Shown: piece after piece, positions 1 to 13,845 of the stretch
Numbering within the stretch: position 1 is the stretch's first letter
How the letters are laid out: each line of letters starts with the position of its first letter
Source of the DNA: Bispira polyomma
Lineage: Eukaryota
Length of the DNA: 64,000 nt
Direction: 5' to 3'
Assembly: GCA_965649765.1 (NCBI GenBank)
Contig: OZ287750.1
Coordinates: 82,460,001 to 82,524,000, forward strand
Translations under genes and position numbers: made by a program
The notes under the pieces: model-generated
The model's input: the letters and a program-made list of their open reading frames with translations, nothing else
Told to the model about the DNA's origin: nothing
Database searches by the model: none

Positions 1-749
1 AAGTTAGTATTTTAAATAACTTTTGAAGAGTATAGTTTAAAAATTAAAGACTATTAAAAAACCCTTAGTTCTTGCATCTGAAAAATTACTCAGTCTTCAG
101 TATTATTATTTCCTGATTTGAAATTTCATAGCTTCTCATGCTTTCTCTTTCACTTAACAAATGTAAAGCATTACAATACAGTGCATAGAAAAATACTTTA
201 TTCACCCTCAGCCAACAAACTGGTATAGTAGAATTACCTCTATCACCAGAATATCATACCATATTTGTTATATGAAACAATAGGAATCGCAATGCATACG
301 GCTTGGGTTTTATACTGGGATAGCCTACAATATATAGCATTGATCATCATCAGTTGGCACTGGTGTTGTCTCCCGTAACCATTACTAGTATGGTATTACC
401 AGTAATCAAACAAGGGACTTTTGATCAGCAGACCAAATCCTTAACCACTATAATATAATGGATTTTTAATGCGCCTAATTGATGCCAGGCATTTTCTAAA
501 GCACAACCTCATTGACAAAGTTGTTGAATCATAGTCCGTTTCCAAGGCAAACTTGTAAAGGAAAGGAAAATTTGGGGTGACGGAGGAGAAAGATGTCTAT
601 GGAGGGTAAACGAGGGTGAACAGATGGGTCTTAAGGTTGCTACTAAAGCCAGTGAGGTCACAGAAGTAAGCTGAATTTATTTTAACTTGTCTTTTCACCT
701 ATTAAACCTGCTACTCCATTTTAGCGAAATATACCCTATGCAACTTGTC

Positions 750-863
750 CTGGTCCCGTATTTACTAACAGACTAAGCCAAGTCTCAGGCCTTAATCTAG
801 CACAAGAGTATACTAGCGTTAAGCCTTAAACTTGGGTAAGTCTGTTAGTGAATACGGGCCCAG
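750..863. mobile_element. Short MITE with terminal inverted repeats
   Basis: Left end ctggtcccgtatttactaacagact is the near-perfect reverse complement of right end agtctgttagtgaatacgggcccag. Similar ends recur at 60850-61141. Confidence 0.7.
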
Positions 864-2423
864 ATAAGGTTAAAAGATGGAAACAGACGGAATAAGATGG
901 CAACAGACGATTACTACCACAGAACAGTTACAGTAGTAATATACGGAAATACTCGGAAATATTGACGGAAACAGAGGGAGAGTTATAGTTTTGTAGAACG
1001 GAAATAATTGGAAATAGTCAGTAACAGGTGGAAACAGCCAATTACTGCGGGACGGAAGAGTTAGTGTAGTAAATCGCCATATACTCGTGAACTCCTGCCT
1101 TGTTCTGCTTTGGTGAGGCGGAAGTTTTGACCATTCTCAATATTTCAGCCTTACACGGCCAACAGTAGAAGGTTCTGGAAGGAAGCTACACCTAGGGGAT
1201 GTTAGGGGAAGTTCAAAATCGGGTCCTCCAATTGATACAAGGCCAACGTCTCTAAACACCTCTCATTTACCTCATAGTGTGAATGTCAACTATATTTGTT
1301 CTTTTTCAGGATAAAAATTTGAGACTGTTAAAGGCGCCAGGAGTCTAATATCGACAATACTTAAAACACCATTTTTTTTTAACCATACTTCATAAATCCT
1401 AACTTAAAAACTGTTTTATTTAACTTTGTTGTCTATTAAAGGGGAAAAAATGATAAATATTGAATTTAAAATGCTATCAAATCAACAAGAACTAATTATA
1501 TCTTTATATGCTAATTTAAAAACTGTTTTATTTAACTTTGTTCTGTATTGTTAAAAGTTTTATTCCTGTGCAGAATTTCAGAAATGTGGCACATTTCAGA
1601 TGTCCTACTTGTCATAATTCTAGGATACCAGATTAATTTTATACAGCTATATTACATTTTTTTGCAATAAATATAGATTTGAACACCAAAAAGGGTTATA
1701 CAGTAGATTATCTGTAACTAGAACCACAAAAAAGTGGAATTTTGTCAAAATTGGAACCAATATTCTGGTCCCAACCACTCACAAATACTACATGTAGTTA
1801 TAGTTTAGGTACAAGTAAAAATCAGAAATCAAATAAAACAAATACAATAGATTATGGAGATTCAACACATACACAGTCTATACTTTATTTCTCCTAGAAT
1901 AATTAAAGTTAAGTACAGGTGGCGAATTCAAGAATATAGCATATTTTACAATGTTTACTCCATCCTATATAGGACATATCGATATGTATAATCCAGGATC
2001 TAAATTGGCCGAATCCTGAAAGAACTATCAAAAGTACGACAAACGTAATAACTTATTCTAAGTTTACTAAATTATACTGCATATTTGTATAACTACATAA
2101 TTTTAGAAAGAAAACAGGCACAAGCAAAAAATAAAATCAATAAAAATATGTACTGGTGAAAGGATTAATTTCTGCATGAAACAGTATCCATTTCTGTCAT
2201 CAAGAAAAAATTAAAGTTGTATAAACCTTAAGAGAGATGCAATATACAAATGTTAGCAGACAGACACAAGCTATTACACCTTATAGACATGTACAGACAT
2301 CAGTTTATCAGAGGAAGCTTCATATATGTATTGGATTAGCCTTGGTCAGGGCTTAAACCTCTGAATAAACAAATAAAAAAAATGTCTTATTATCTATTTC
2401 TATTCAATGTGAATGTATATGTA

Positions 2424-2603
2424 CAGTAGAACCTCTATTATCATGCAAGGAGAGTAAGATTCTGTTTGCATAACAGAAAGTTCATAAATAGTAGACACAG
2501 TTATGTATAAAATAATAGTAAACAAAAGCTTTGAGACAGTACAACCAAATTAGTAAAACTGAATATTTGGATAATTAGAGCTCAGATAATAGAGATTCTA
2601 CTG
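2424..2603. mobile_element. Tc1/mariner-pogo-type MITE (CAGTAGAACCTC family)
   Basis: TIRs cagtagaacctctattatc / gataatagagattctactg, flanked by TA on both sides. Related copies near 7735-7917, 11830-12193, 33510-33685 and 61145-61275. Confidence 0.75.
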
Positions 2604-3613
2604 TATATGCCCTTCTTCATTGGCCCATGAAACATGCAATATTCTCTAATATATATATTGTATAAAAAATGTATATATTTTATTAATATGTATGAGCTAG
2701 TAACTTTGTCAATCACATATATAGTCCTGGTAATTTCTCGGGGCCTGCAAGGTATAAGCTTAAACTCATGCTCAACTCAATACAGGCCATATAGAAATCC
2801 TTGTACATGGAAATAACCTATACTTGCGACCATTCATTTTAATAGAGCTTTCAACACTGAATTTACATACAAAGTCAGATTTTAGATATCTTTGTTGTAT
2901 CCAGAGTTATAGAGAATCTAGATTTCAATACCCACATCACTTTTCACTTTTCAAAGTAGAAATCTTCACTGAACGCTCTTGTTTATAATGTAGGTTTTTA
3001 AGCAGACACATATTACGTTATGCTAAAATTTTGTCTGTACATGTTAATAATTTTCAACATGCTGCATATATTATATTTCTTATAACTATAATATATATCA
3101 TATCACTTTGTTATCATCTATCTCTTGTTCATGTACTTAGAGTATGAAATAAATATTTATAAATATTGTTATTATTTAATAGCTAAGCTTTTTGCAAGGC
3201 TAAAGTAACCCTATTACTGGTTCCAGATCAAATTGTTCACAAATATTCATAAGGCTGTCTCTATATATATGCTTTTTATGTGTATGAGATGTAGACATTT
3301 TTTTCCCTTGACTTTCATAAAATGATAAAAAGTAGATGCTAACTGTGTTAGTCTGCACTTCCATTTCCCGATTCCAATATTGGCCGATCAGATAACTTTT
3401 TTATAAGACGTCAACCAATTGGTGCTTCCATGTAGTCAATCATAATATTTTTCTGTGTGTCACATATCATGTAAATCACATTTTAAAAATAAATGTTCCA
3501 CAAAAAAACCCCAAAAAATATGCTACATGTCCCAATTTTTTGTCTCCATGACCAAAATAATCTGAAGCTTCTTCAGACATCTGATCTCATTTGCTGTACA
3601 TCCGACACATGGA

Positions 3614-3859
3614 TTGATTGATTGGGGTTTAATGTCACTTTTAATACATTGTAACCGTCATATAATGACGGACAGTTTTACTAGTAGGAGGAAAGCAGTG
3701 CATATATACTAGTTGGTCAAGCTTATGCACTGTGAGCTAATTTACAAGCATAGACAAGTAACTGCCAACTTACAAAAGGCTGCGGCCAAGATTAGAAACC
3801 ATAACCTCAGAGGTGGGAGGCGAGTACGTTAAACAATATGCCACTAATCCCAACCCCCC
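3614..3859 (-). mobile_element. tRNA-derived SINE with 13-bp TSD
   Basis: tccgacacatgga is duplicated at 3601-3613 and 3860-3872. tRNA-like A/B-box head at the right end and (CAAT)n tail at the left. It lies inside a small inverted-repeat element (gcacttccat 3355-3364 / atggaagtgc 3868-3877). Confidence 0.75.
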
Positions 3860-5587
3860 TCCGACACATGGAAGTGCCTTCACTGTAAGTATGGAGATTT
3901 TAAAAATCAACCGATATCGGCGGATATAGGCCGTTATATATAATATATCTCACACATGGAAGTATAAGGCTCTGCCTGTCTCCGTTTTTACAAAAATCTC
4001 TTATCTCGTCACCATAGAGGTTATGTTTTTGCTCGTGTCTGTTGGTTTGTGGGTTTTTTTTTGTCACACTAGAATGCCATTTAGTAGGGGGATGTGGGAC
4101 ATGGGCCAGGAAAGAAATCAATTTCACATATTAAGATGGATCAGAGTAGAATGTTGAATAAAAGAAGTTTTTTTTAACATATTAGCATCTTGGCAGAGGT
4201 ATTCACTCTACTTAGTGTCACTTTAGTTATTAAATGGTTCCATATCATTTAAAGCAGTGAATAATTAAAGTAGTCATCATTAGGGCAGATTGACAGCTTT
4301 TGACACCTCAGTAGATGTGGTATGCACTCTACTGTCTCCTTTTTCTAGTTACAAACCAGAGCCATCAAAATAAACAACTATATATGTACATGTATATATA
4401 TGTCAGTGATATTACTGTGCTTCATATAAAAAAAATATATAATTATAAAAATATGCTTAATGTCTAGCATTGATATTTGCCTCATATAAGTTACTCACTG
4501 ATGTCTATATGTATGAGTTACAAACATCAACCCCCCTCTGGCTCTGTTTCTCAGAGAGCTGAGTCAATTGTCTGTCTAGAATAAAATCAAGGGGGCTTGC
4601 CATTTTCTCAAAGGGTCTTAAAACGTAAACTCATGCTTACACTCAAAGACCACACATTGATTACCTTATTAAATATGAATATTACCTATAATTTGTCACC
4701 ATTTATTTTAACAGGGATTTTTAGCCAAGGAACTCAAATATGTAGTTAGATTGTTCACATAATTTTCATACACGAAGATAAGGACAGATTTTGGGATTAA
4801 GGTGAGTTTAGGTTGAAGGCTTTTTTCATAAAGTGGGCCCTGGTTCTGTCATATTACCATAACTTTCTGGTTTTCCCTTGCTACAGATCTTTCTATATGC
4901 AGGGGTGACATTACTCTTTTTATTTTATGTTTATAAAATGCTTAAATATCAGAGCAGTGATTTTTTTCAGTTTAAACAGTAACCATTGTAATAAATGTCT
5001 TTAGATTGAGTATTAAACATTCGAAACACTGTTTATTATGAGACATAAAACATTAAATATATGGAAATATTGCCAATAGTTCAGGGACAAAATGACTCTT
5101 TTACTTTAAGAACATTTGATAATATAAGGAAAATATTGGTCTCATATATCTCACAAGATATTCAGATGATAGATTATGCCAAACATATATATAATATGCA
5201 TGTAATTTTAGGAAAAGCACACACAATTTGTACAAGATCTTCGTCACATCTTTTTAAATGAAAGAAATTTGAAATGCAAGTAGATTATTGTATCTTTTCT
5301 GGGTTGTGTAGCCATCCAGCACCAGTAACTGTCATTCCTCTAACTGAAGAGGCTTGAGGATTGAGGATGTTTGTATTTTTAACATCTCAAGGGTTCTTAA
5401 TAGCTTGCCCCACTGGGGGCTAGCACCAGTATAAGCAGTCATACGAGACCCTACGTAGACACTTGTATCTATAGTACCTGAGACCACAAGAACTGGACCA
5501 AGGTTCTTTGTGTTCCTAAGCAAGCGTCTTATTAAAAACACTAGATCATATTTTTTAGTCACAAACATCTAGTTGTGGTGGTTTAAC

Positions 5588-5841
5588 ATTGTTATTTGGT
5601 AGAATGAGGCCAAATATTAACTAGATATAAGTTACAGTTGAAATTTATTTAAGTCGAACCTCAAGGGACCACAAATGGTACAAATACCTAAGCCAGATTT
5701 AATAATAATAATATTGTTATTTGGTAGAATGAGGCCAAAAATTAACTAGATAAAAGTTACAGTTGAAATTTATTTAAGTTGGACCTCAAGGGACCACAAA
5801 TGGTACAAATACCTAAGCCAGGTTTAATAATAATAATATTG
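5588..5841. repeat. Recent tandem duplication, 2 x 125 bp
   Basis: attgttatttggtagaatgaggcc...aataataataatattg is repeated at 5588 and 5713 with only a few mismatches. Confidence 0.9.
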
Positions 5842-8800
5842 AGAGAGGGAGTCTTAGTTTTAACAATAGAAGGTTAAATAGAATGGCACTCAGTAGAGTG
5901 CATACCTCCACCAAGGCCCCAATAAAGTAAAAAAAATCCAATTTATGGCTTAAACCTTCTAGTAAGATGCCTTTTACAATTAAATGGATGCTTTCCCAGC
6001 TTTTGCCAAATCTATCCGATCAATTTAGTAATTTTTTTGGTGTAATCCTGTTGACAAACCAATAGAAAGAGGTGAAAAAATAACGTCTTTGGCAGACCCC
6101 AAAAAGATATTTGTCTTAAATAGCTCTGTTCCATTTGAAAAAACGACGTTTTTGGACCATGGGGACAGTTATCACACAGTTGTCCTTTTCTAGTCAGTTT
6201 CAGTAGACTTTTCATACAATATTATTGCTGTATATGTATATACAGTCAAACTGGAGTTTACATGAATTTGATTAGCACAAATGATCTTTTATCATTCTGT
6301 TCATCAGAATAGAAAAATATATAAGTGGAACACACATCAATAAAAATAATATGGGGGTGGGCGGGGGAAATGAAGCAATCTACATAATGGACTCTAAACT
6401 AAATAGTAGTGGCAGACATACCATATTTACAATAATAAAGGCCCCCCTTTCTAATTATAGAGATTTTTTGACCACTAAATGACACATAATTTTGCCCGTG
6501 CCCTTTTGTTACTAAACTTGCTTGTCACCAGGGGTCGTATTTACGGAGTAGCTTAATAAGTACCAAATACTCCAGCTTATCTTTCACATCAGTAAATTTT
6601 TCTTACAGTTTCCCAACTGTACTTGTGTTAGAATCACGGAATTCTCTTAACTCAAATTAACACTAATTTAGTGTGTTAGTCCAGTAGCTTAAGTACCAAA
6701 TACGCCAGCTTATATTTCATGGAAGTAGATTTTCTTACACTTTTACCCATCCGTATTTGTGTTAAAATCACTTCCGGAGTGAGTGATTTAAAATCTGTGC
6801 TTAGAAAAACACCCTAAAGAAAATATATTAGGAGTGAACATTTTATATGTGTATGTGTGACATGTATGGATGACTTTAAGCATACATGGAAACAGGGCAT
6901 TAGAAATTCTGAATTGATGCCAAAATCTTTGTTTAGGTTCATATGTATTTTTTTCCTTCAGCACAAAAACCATCCTGGTTATTATATTTTAGTCAGCTGT
7001 TACTTTATTAGTCTATGTAAAAATTAAAATGAAACTCAGCAACACCATATGGTTGAGGCTTTTGTAATCAAATGATGGTTTGAATTATTTTTTATTATTT
7101 TGAAACAAATGTTGTGGGTGAGTCAATACTGGGAGGACTAACTCAATGGACTGGCTGATTGTGCATGATTCGATTTTGTATACAAATTATTAATTTATAT
7201 TTTGCCTGTTGAAATATATATCAATATGTTTTTATAGGTCGCTGTTAATTTACTGTACTGTTTTCATAATGTAAATAAACTGTTCACACTTATAACAACA
7301 CATAGGATAAAAATCAACAAAACATGTGTGTTTTTTAATTATCCTTTAAAATCCCTAATGTCGCTTGTGTAATGAAAAAAATGAAATATGACATGTGTTA
7401 TAGCGCACTTATGCAACACAGGGCCGTTTCAAATGCGCTTCCTCATGGACAGCCACTATGGGTGCCGAGGCTTGCTTGAGGATGACCATTTATCAACGTT
7501 AATGACAAAGGACCACCATTTTAGGTGGTCATCCGAGCCACTAGACAAACTGGTGTTCACATCATGCCCAAGGAATCAATGTTATCCAACTAAATGAAAA
7601 AACTAGTGGTCAGTACCGGGAATAGAACCAGCAACATTCTGTCCTTCTTCAGATCAACACCACAAGGGATCAAGTTTTATATGGTAAACTTCCACAACTG
7701 GAATACCCAGAATAACGCAAACACACACAGACATGTATAACCTCCCTTATCCGAACCTGTTGGGAGAAGCAGAGTTTGTTTAGAAATTATATAGAAGGTT
7801 TATAGGTTACTAACTAACTGCATTTCTGTATACCATTGCAGAAAATAAACACATCAATTTCGGAGAGTGGAACTGAGTTCATGAAATCAAATTTTCGGAT
7901 AACAAAGGTTCTACTGTACTTACACTTCATGATTTGTTTGTTATTTTCAAAATAGTCTAATATAAAGGATAGAACAACACTGGTTTTTTTTTGTCTGCTA
8001 ATTTTATCAACTATGTTTAAATGACCCTCCTTAAGATAATATAGTACATGCTTTTCTGCAGAGAAGTGAGTACTTAGTGCTTTTAGTATACAACACCATG
8101 TAACTGTCATTATCCCAGGTCCTCCATTTTACAAAATATTCAACTTTATGAACTAAGTTTAAATTATCGCTTGAAGATAATGAAGTCATGCTTTTCTTCA
8201 GAAGTGAGTGCTTATAGTTTACCTTACCTGTAATTTTCATTATCCCGGAAGCCTCCATTTCTCAAATAATAAATTTCATGAACTAAGTTAATCTATCTCC
8301 CTGGGTTCTTTTTTCATGTGGCTGTATATTATTTCTGCCAAGGACGTTACGTTTTTGCCCATATTCGTTAGTTTGTTAGTCACCAGGGTTACATAAAAAT
8401 TACTAAAGTGATTTACATGAAAATTGGTGGAAGAGACAGGACATGTAGCTATTTCTCTCAACAGAACTTTCAATGCTGAATTAAAAATGCATTCACATAT
8501 TTTTTGTTATCTTAATTCCTCTTGCCCGACCTTAAAGTTATGGCTTGAGTCTGACTTAAGCTTGAGAATATGTGGAGAAATATGACCACAGATGTTATCT
8601 ATGATGAAAATTAAAATATGAGGCAAACTCTGACATTGCTTTTTTATTTATTATGTGGCTCTATTTCATTTCTGAAGATGTTACACCTTGATCAATTTTG
8701 CAAAGAAACATTTTTTTTGGCTCCAGTATATTAATATTAAAGTAGTTTTAAATTTAACAGTCCCCTGGATAAATTGTGGTTTACTTTGATAATGAGAAAA

Positions 8801-9390
8801 AAAAATTAATCACTGATTCCAACCAAAAGTAACTGCTCTTGAATTTTCTTTGCAATGTTTTATACCAAATCATTTAAGAAAAAGTCTTCAGAATTTCTTG
8901 AAAGGATATTTTAATCATTTGATTTTGTAACTAGACCTTTAATTAAATCAAGCTGTCATTATAAAGATGAGAGATGAAAGATTTCATTTACAATTGTTCT
9001 TGTATTTGATTACATCATTTTTTTTCTTAGCTAAACCTAAATTCATTCATATTTATTTATCTTACATCAGAAAAAAACAAACACTTTAAAATAGTTTATG
9101 CATAGCTTTTTGATCAATAATTCATTCATATATGTCTGATGGATGTCTGAAACTTGAATCACTGTAAGTAAATCCGAAATGGTTGCTCGTTTTTTGTTAA
9201 TAGCTGGTTCACATACATATACAAGAGGTGATTTAAGGAAACTGCTTAAAAAACTACTTTAAATTGCTTTTAAATGCGGAAGCAAGTGAAATTTTTATTT
9301 CACCAAGATTTCACTTAACCATTGTCTTCTTGGGAACTATGCTATTTACCTTACGACAAAGATTTTCTGCGAACTAAGCTTTTGAACTTA

Positions 9391-9613
9391 ATTGGGTTTT
9401 ATGATGCTTTTAACAGCTTAGATCATATTGCGATGGCCAGATTTAAGAGGGTGGAAGAAACCCGTGAAGAGTCACTGTAAACCACTGGCTTACTGCAAGT
9501 ACCAGACAAACTTTCCCACATGAAGGAACAAACAGGATTCAAACCCACATTGGTAAAAGGTCGATCAGTGATTGTAAAGCAGGAGCTTCTAACCATTAGG
9601 CTACAGCAGCCTC
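9391..9613 (-). mobile_element. tRNA-derived SINE (same broad family as 19952-20216)
   Basis: Minus-strand head gaggctgctgtagcctaatggttag...gggtttgaatcc, with a 3' body similar to the other copies. Confidence 0.65.
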
Positions 9614-10412
9614 ACCAACACTTAAGTCTTTAAAACATGAAGAGAAAATGGTTGGTAGACAATGTGCAGTAAATACTGTAGAAATTGGAAATTTTTACTG
9701 GGAAATATTTTAAATATTTCAGCTAAATATAATGAAACTGTCATTTTAAGATGAAATATACAATATTAACTCCCGTTGAAAATTTAAAAAATAGTCAATA
9801 GTAAAATATTAATTCACACAAACTCCACTTAAAATTATAAATATAGTCGATAATGCAAATTAGTTCTAGTAAACTCCCTCAAACATTTTAAACTAGTGAA
9901 ATTTTCTTCCACCTGAAATATCCACTTCTACACGGTATCAAGCGCCAGAAAAAAAGAATAGAATAATATTGCATGTAATAAGCAACATCTTAAATATTGC
10001 TTACATTCAAGGTTTTTAACATGAATGCTCATCTCTTTGACTTATGATACAATTCGTAGAACTCCATATTTTTTTTGTTTAAAAGCTGATGTTTCTTTTC
10101 TTTTTTCCCTTTTTCATTTGTTTCCTGACACATTGTTCTCTTTTTTTTTGTGTGGAGGGGGAAACAAAAACCCGGCCAGTGAACCCAGCAATCAGGACAA
10201 ACAGTGGCAGGTGTACTGTGTGTGGGATTTACTGATGGCAACAAAACCTAAAACATTTTGGGGGACAGTCTTATTCTTAACAAAAAAAAACCCCTGTCTT
10301 TCAATGTCTGTGTGATGCCACAAAGTACACCATCCATCTCACAAGCCTTAATAATAGCAACCCAAATATTTGACCACACTCTTTGACACATTATAGCTTA
10401 TACAACCCAGAA

Positions 10413-10420
<8 letters not shown>

Positions 10421-10475
<55 letters not shown>
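10421..10475. repeat. (TA)n microsatellite
   Basis: Uninterrupted TA run. Confidence 0.95.
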
Positions 10476-10478
<3 letters not shown>

Positions 10479-11829
10479 AAGTAAAACCGTGTTCTAAGAT
10501 TTGATGTTTCAGACCTTTTATAACCATCTTAATACCACCTCATACTCTGACTTAACCTTGAGATTCTCTCAAAAGTTACTGTAAAAGAAAATAAAATTTG
10601 CTTCTATGTCAAAAAACCCCAAACTTGTAACAGTCACTTGAAAAACTAAAATCCGGAGTGATTAAGTAACACATGGGACACAAAGAGTTGATCAATAAAT
10701 GAGAAGGTATATGGGATATTCTCATTGAGTGACCAAATTTTTTTTTAGATAGTGAATTTTTTAAATTCGGTAGTGAAATGTAGATTGTTTTACTGTAAGC
10801 TACCCCAGTTTTTTCCTTACAAGGAAAAGAAGCAAGCCTTCTGTGTGTCTATGGCTACTGGTTTTGGTATTGATCCCCTTTCTCCTCCTCTTCTTTTCTT
10901 TACTGTGTAGGTATAGTGACAAAGCATCCCACACAGACTTATATATATCCTGATTAGACGGTTAGACTGGGCACACGACGCACAATTCCTCTTTTGTATT
11001 CGTTGATTAATATTTTAACAAAGGCTTTTTTTAAAAAAAAAAAGATGACACACATTTAATTGTGGCTTGTTGTTGTTCAACTGCATATCTTAATTATTTA
11101 GATGTGAAGGCCACTGTGTGTTTTGTTTTGTTTTTGTGTTAGAACTGACAAGAGAGTAGGTAATAATAATATCCTATATATAGCAAGGTTTGTGACCGGG
11201 AATAAAGCTTGTTGATTGATGTATTTGGTTGGTATTAATGAAAACGCTTTCACTGCACATGATGTAAGCAAGCATCTCTTCTTTTTACAATATATACTGG
11301 TGTGTGTTTATATATATATATATATACAGTTTAGCCTCAGCAAGGCTACTAATGAACCCTGTGTGCTGTCGAAATGAATTATTCAAAGTTTTCTACAGTA
11401 AAAATCTTAGGGTGAAATCACCTCTTAGGTATTCCTTGGCTGCACATCAATCACAGGCTCATATGTCTCTTGAAAGTACCAAAAATATATAGAGAGTAAG
11501 GAATCTAAAATATGCCACTGTATCTGAAATTTCGCCACCTAGAAAATGTTGTGTTTTTGGTAAGATTTGTTAGTTCTATTTGATTCAATTGAGCTTTTTG
11601 TGACTATTTTGCCTTACTTACCCAAATTCCAGTTATATTTTATAGTTTTATTATCGATTTGGCTTATAAATTTTAGGGGTGGCGAATTTCAGATACAAGT
11701 CATACTCCAGAAAAGAAACAGAGCCTATGGAAATGAAGCAACCTTTAAAATCTACTTATATAGGGAGGGCTGTGTGTGAATTTCAGTTATCACTTAAATA
11801 CTGTAGGTTTATTACGATATATATATATA

Positions 11830-12193
11830 CAGTAGAACCTCTATTATCTAAACTTCTTGGGAGAACAAGATTCGGTTTGGAAAAAAGACCAACAGAAGAA
11901 GCCCTTTTTAGTATTAAAACAATAGGAAAACATAAATTTGTGTGAATGAAAATCCCTAATAATATACACATTAAATAGAAAAACATAAATTTGGAAAAAG
12001 TGAAGATATGTTTAATTAATTCTTATAATCACATAATAATAAAAGTTTGGATAACATAGGCTCTATATATATATTTTATTTTAAATCCCTCACAATACAT
12101 ATTAATTGGGGGAAACAGACATTTTGGAGAGAATGAAGATATGTTAATAAAATTGCATATTATTGAAGTTTGGATAATAGGGGTTCTATTTTG
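11830..12193. mobile_element. pogo/Tc1-type MITE
   Basis: Starts ta|cagtagaacctctattatctaaac and ends gtttggataataggggttctattttg. Confidence 0.6.
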
Positions 12194-12344
12194 TGTATAT
12201 TTGATATAAGAAAAATCCCCACCCAAAAAAACATACGTGTATTTTTTTGTTTAAATCGATAACAATAGACATTAATAGGAAGACAACATACATTAGATAT
12301 AAGAAGACGTTGAAAATACATATTTAAGCCTACTCTAGCCTTAC

Positions 12345-13845
12345 CTTGATAATGAGACCAGTTTTGATTGGTGAGGCTGACAATGGTGATTACTAGAGCA
12401 ATAGATCCCAGTACCAGACCGCCGACTCTGCATCTGATAAAGAGGGGGTGTTCCCAAAACATCACCAATGTATTCCAGTGGTAGTTGGAGATTTTCCCTT
12501 CCTCCTTGTCGTCCTCTTTTTTCCTGGCTTTCGAGGGCGGCATGTAACTCTGCAGCCGTTCGTGTATCTGCTGGTCTTCCTCGCCTGGCATGTGGTCCCC
12601 TTCCATTTCGGGGCTCACGAACATCACGCTCTCCTTGCGCGCCTTGCGTACCGGCGTGGACACCCGTTGCTCTTCCAGCTCCTGCTGTCGGGTTTCCATC
12701 TCGGCCATGCGTCGCTTGAACGAGACCCGCCGCTCCTGCGACCACTTCAGCCAGGTAGAAGACATGTCCTTGCCCAAGAATATGGTGCCACTTCCACGTC
12801 CTTTCAGAGATCTTTGGGATTCGCTACGTTCAAGAGGTGACCTGCCGCCATCGGCAATCCCCTGGTGGTGGTGAGAGGAACCGTCTACACCATCACAGCC
12901 ACCACCTTCTCCTCTTCTTCTTCCATCATTTGTATGATGGTAGTTACCATGGCGACGCTGCTGATCACAGCCCGCGGCGGTGATGGCACTCACTTCTGCA
13001 TCTATCGACATGGCTCTGGGTAATCCAGTCTGTTCAACACCTCGCATGACTGAATTCATATGCGGACTGCCGCTCTTGGTAGTAGCAGTGGCAGCAGTAG
13101 CAGCAATAGCTAGCTGGTCCCACTCACCACTACCAGCACTACTACAATTATTACACTGATCGGCCTCAATTCCCAATTGATTAGTGAGCAGAGCTCTATT
13201 GTTATTCACTCTGGCAGCTCTACTCTTACTACTATTAGTAATGCTGTACACTGCAGCTGGAGAAGCAACAGCAGAAGGATAAGCCTTTATTGCTGTTGTT
13301 GTTGTCGGCCCCTCCTCCTCATCATTCAACAGTGAGCTACTCACTCGTAGGTCTTCTTCTAAGCTCTGCCGGGACGACTCCCTCCCCCTCTGGCACCCCC
13401 TCCCAATCTCCTCCTCCCCCATCTCCAGTTGTTCTTCATCACCATCATGATGCTCTACAGGGGCTAACCGGTGCAGTGGTGGGGTTTGTCCTGGTATCTC
13501 GGGAGACGGGCTGCCACAGTAATATATATCCCCGTCTCCGTAACCACTGGTTTCCGTGGAACTCAAGGCGTGAATCCGTTGGAGACTGTCCCCGAGACCG
13601 CTGGTCTCTGCTGAACTCTGGGCATGGATTTTCTTCAGTGTGTCTCCCCTGTATTCCTCCAAAGGGATGGCTCCTATAAATCCTCTGCCGGCGCCACAAC
13701 AACCACCACCACTTTTATCAGGAGATCTACTAACAAATCTGGATAGTCCCTGGCCACTGGTTTCCTCCAGTTCGTCCTCAAGTAGTGAATGTTGTTGACG
13801 TGTATTGCTACTAGAAATATCCATTGTTGTGTAAGAATTGCTCAT
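12345..13845 (-). CDS. First coding exon of a membrane protein: long disordered N-terminus followed by a PMP22/EMP/claudin-superfamily-like TM1 (later exons not identified)
   Basis: 1.5-kb stop-free, GC-elevated ORF starting at ATG 13845. Hydrophobic helix GLVLGSIALVITIVSLTNQNW ends in the Trp typical of PMP22/claudin TM1. Phase-1 donor CAAG|gtaagg at 12345/12344, after which the ORF-track translation runs into AT-rich intron and a MITE. Confidence 0.75.

Noticed and set aside
1-12000. Downstream exons of the claudin-like gene
   Set aside because: No convincing exon (for example a GLW-containing one) recognised by eye; the short ORFs here are AT-rich or repeat-derived.
12160-12344. C-terminal ~60 aa of the 561-aa ORF-track protein
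   Set aside because: Lies beyond a good splice donor, is AT-rich and overlaps a MITE; intron read-through.
12341-13702. Several overlapping ORFs on both strands
   Set aside because: Shadow frames of the GC-rich coding exon.
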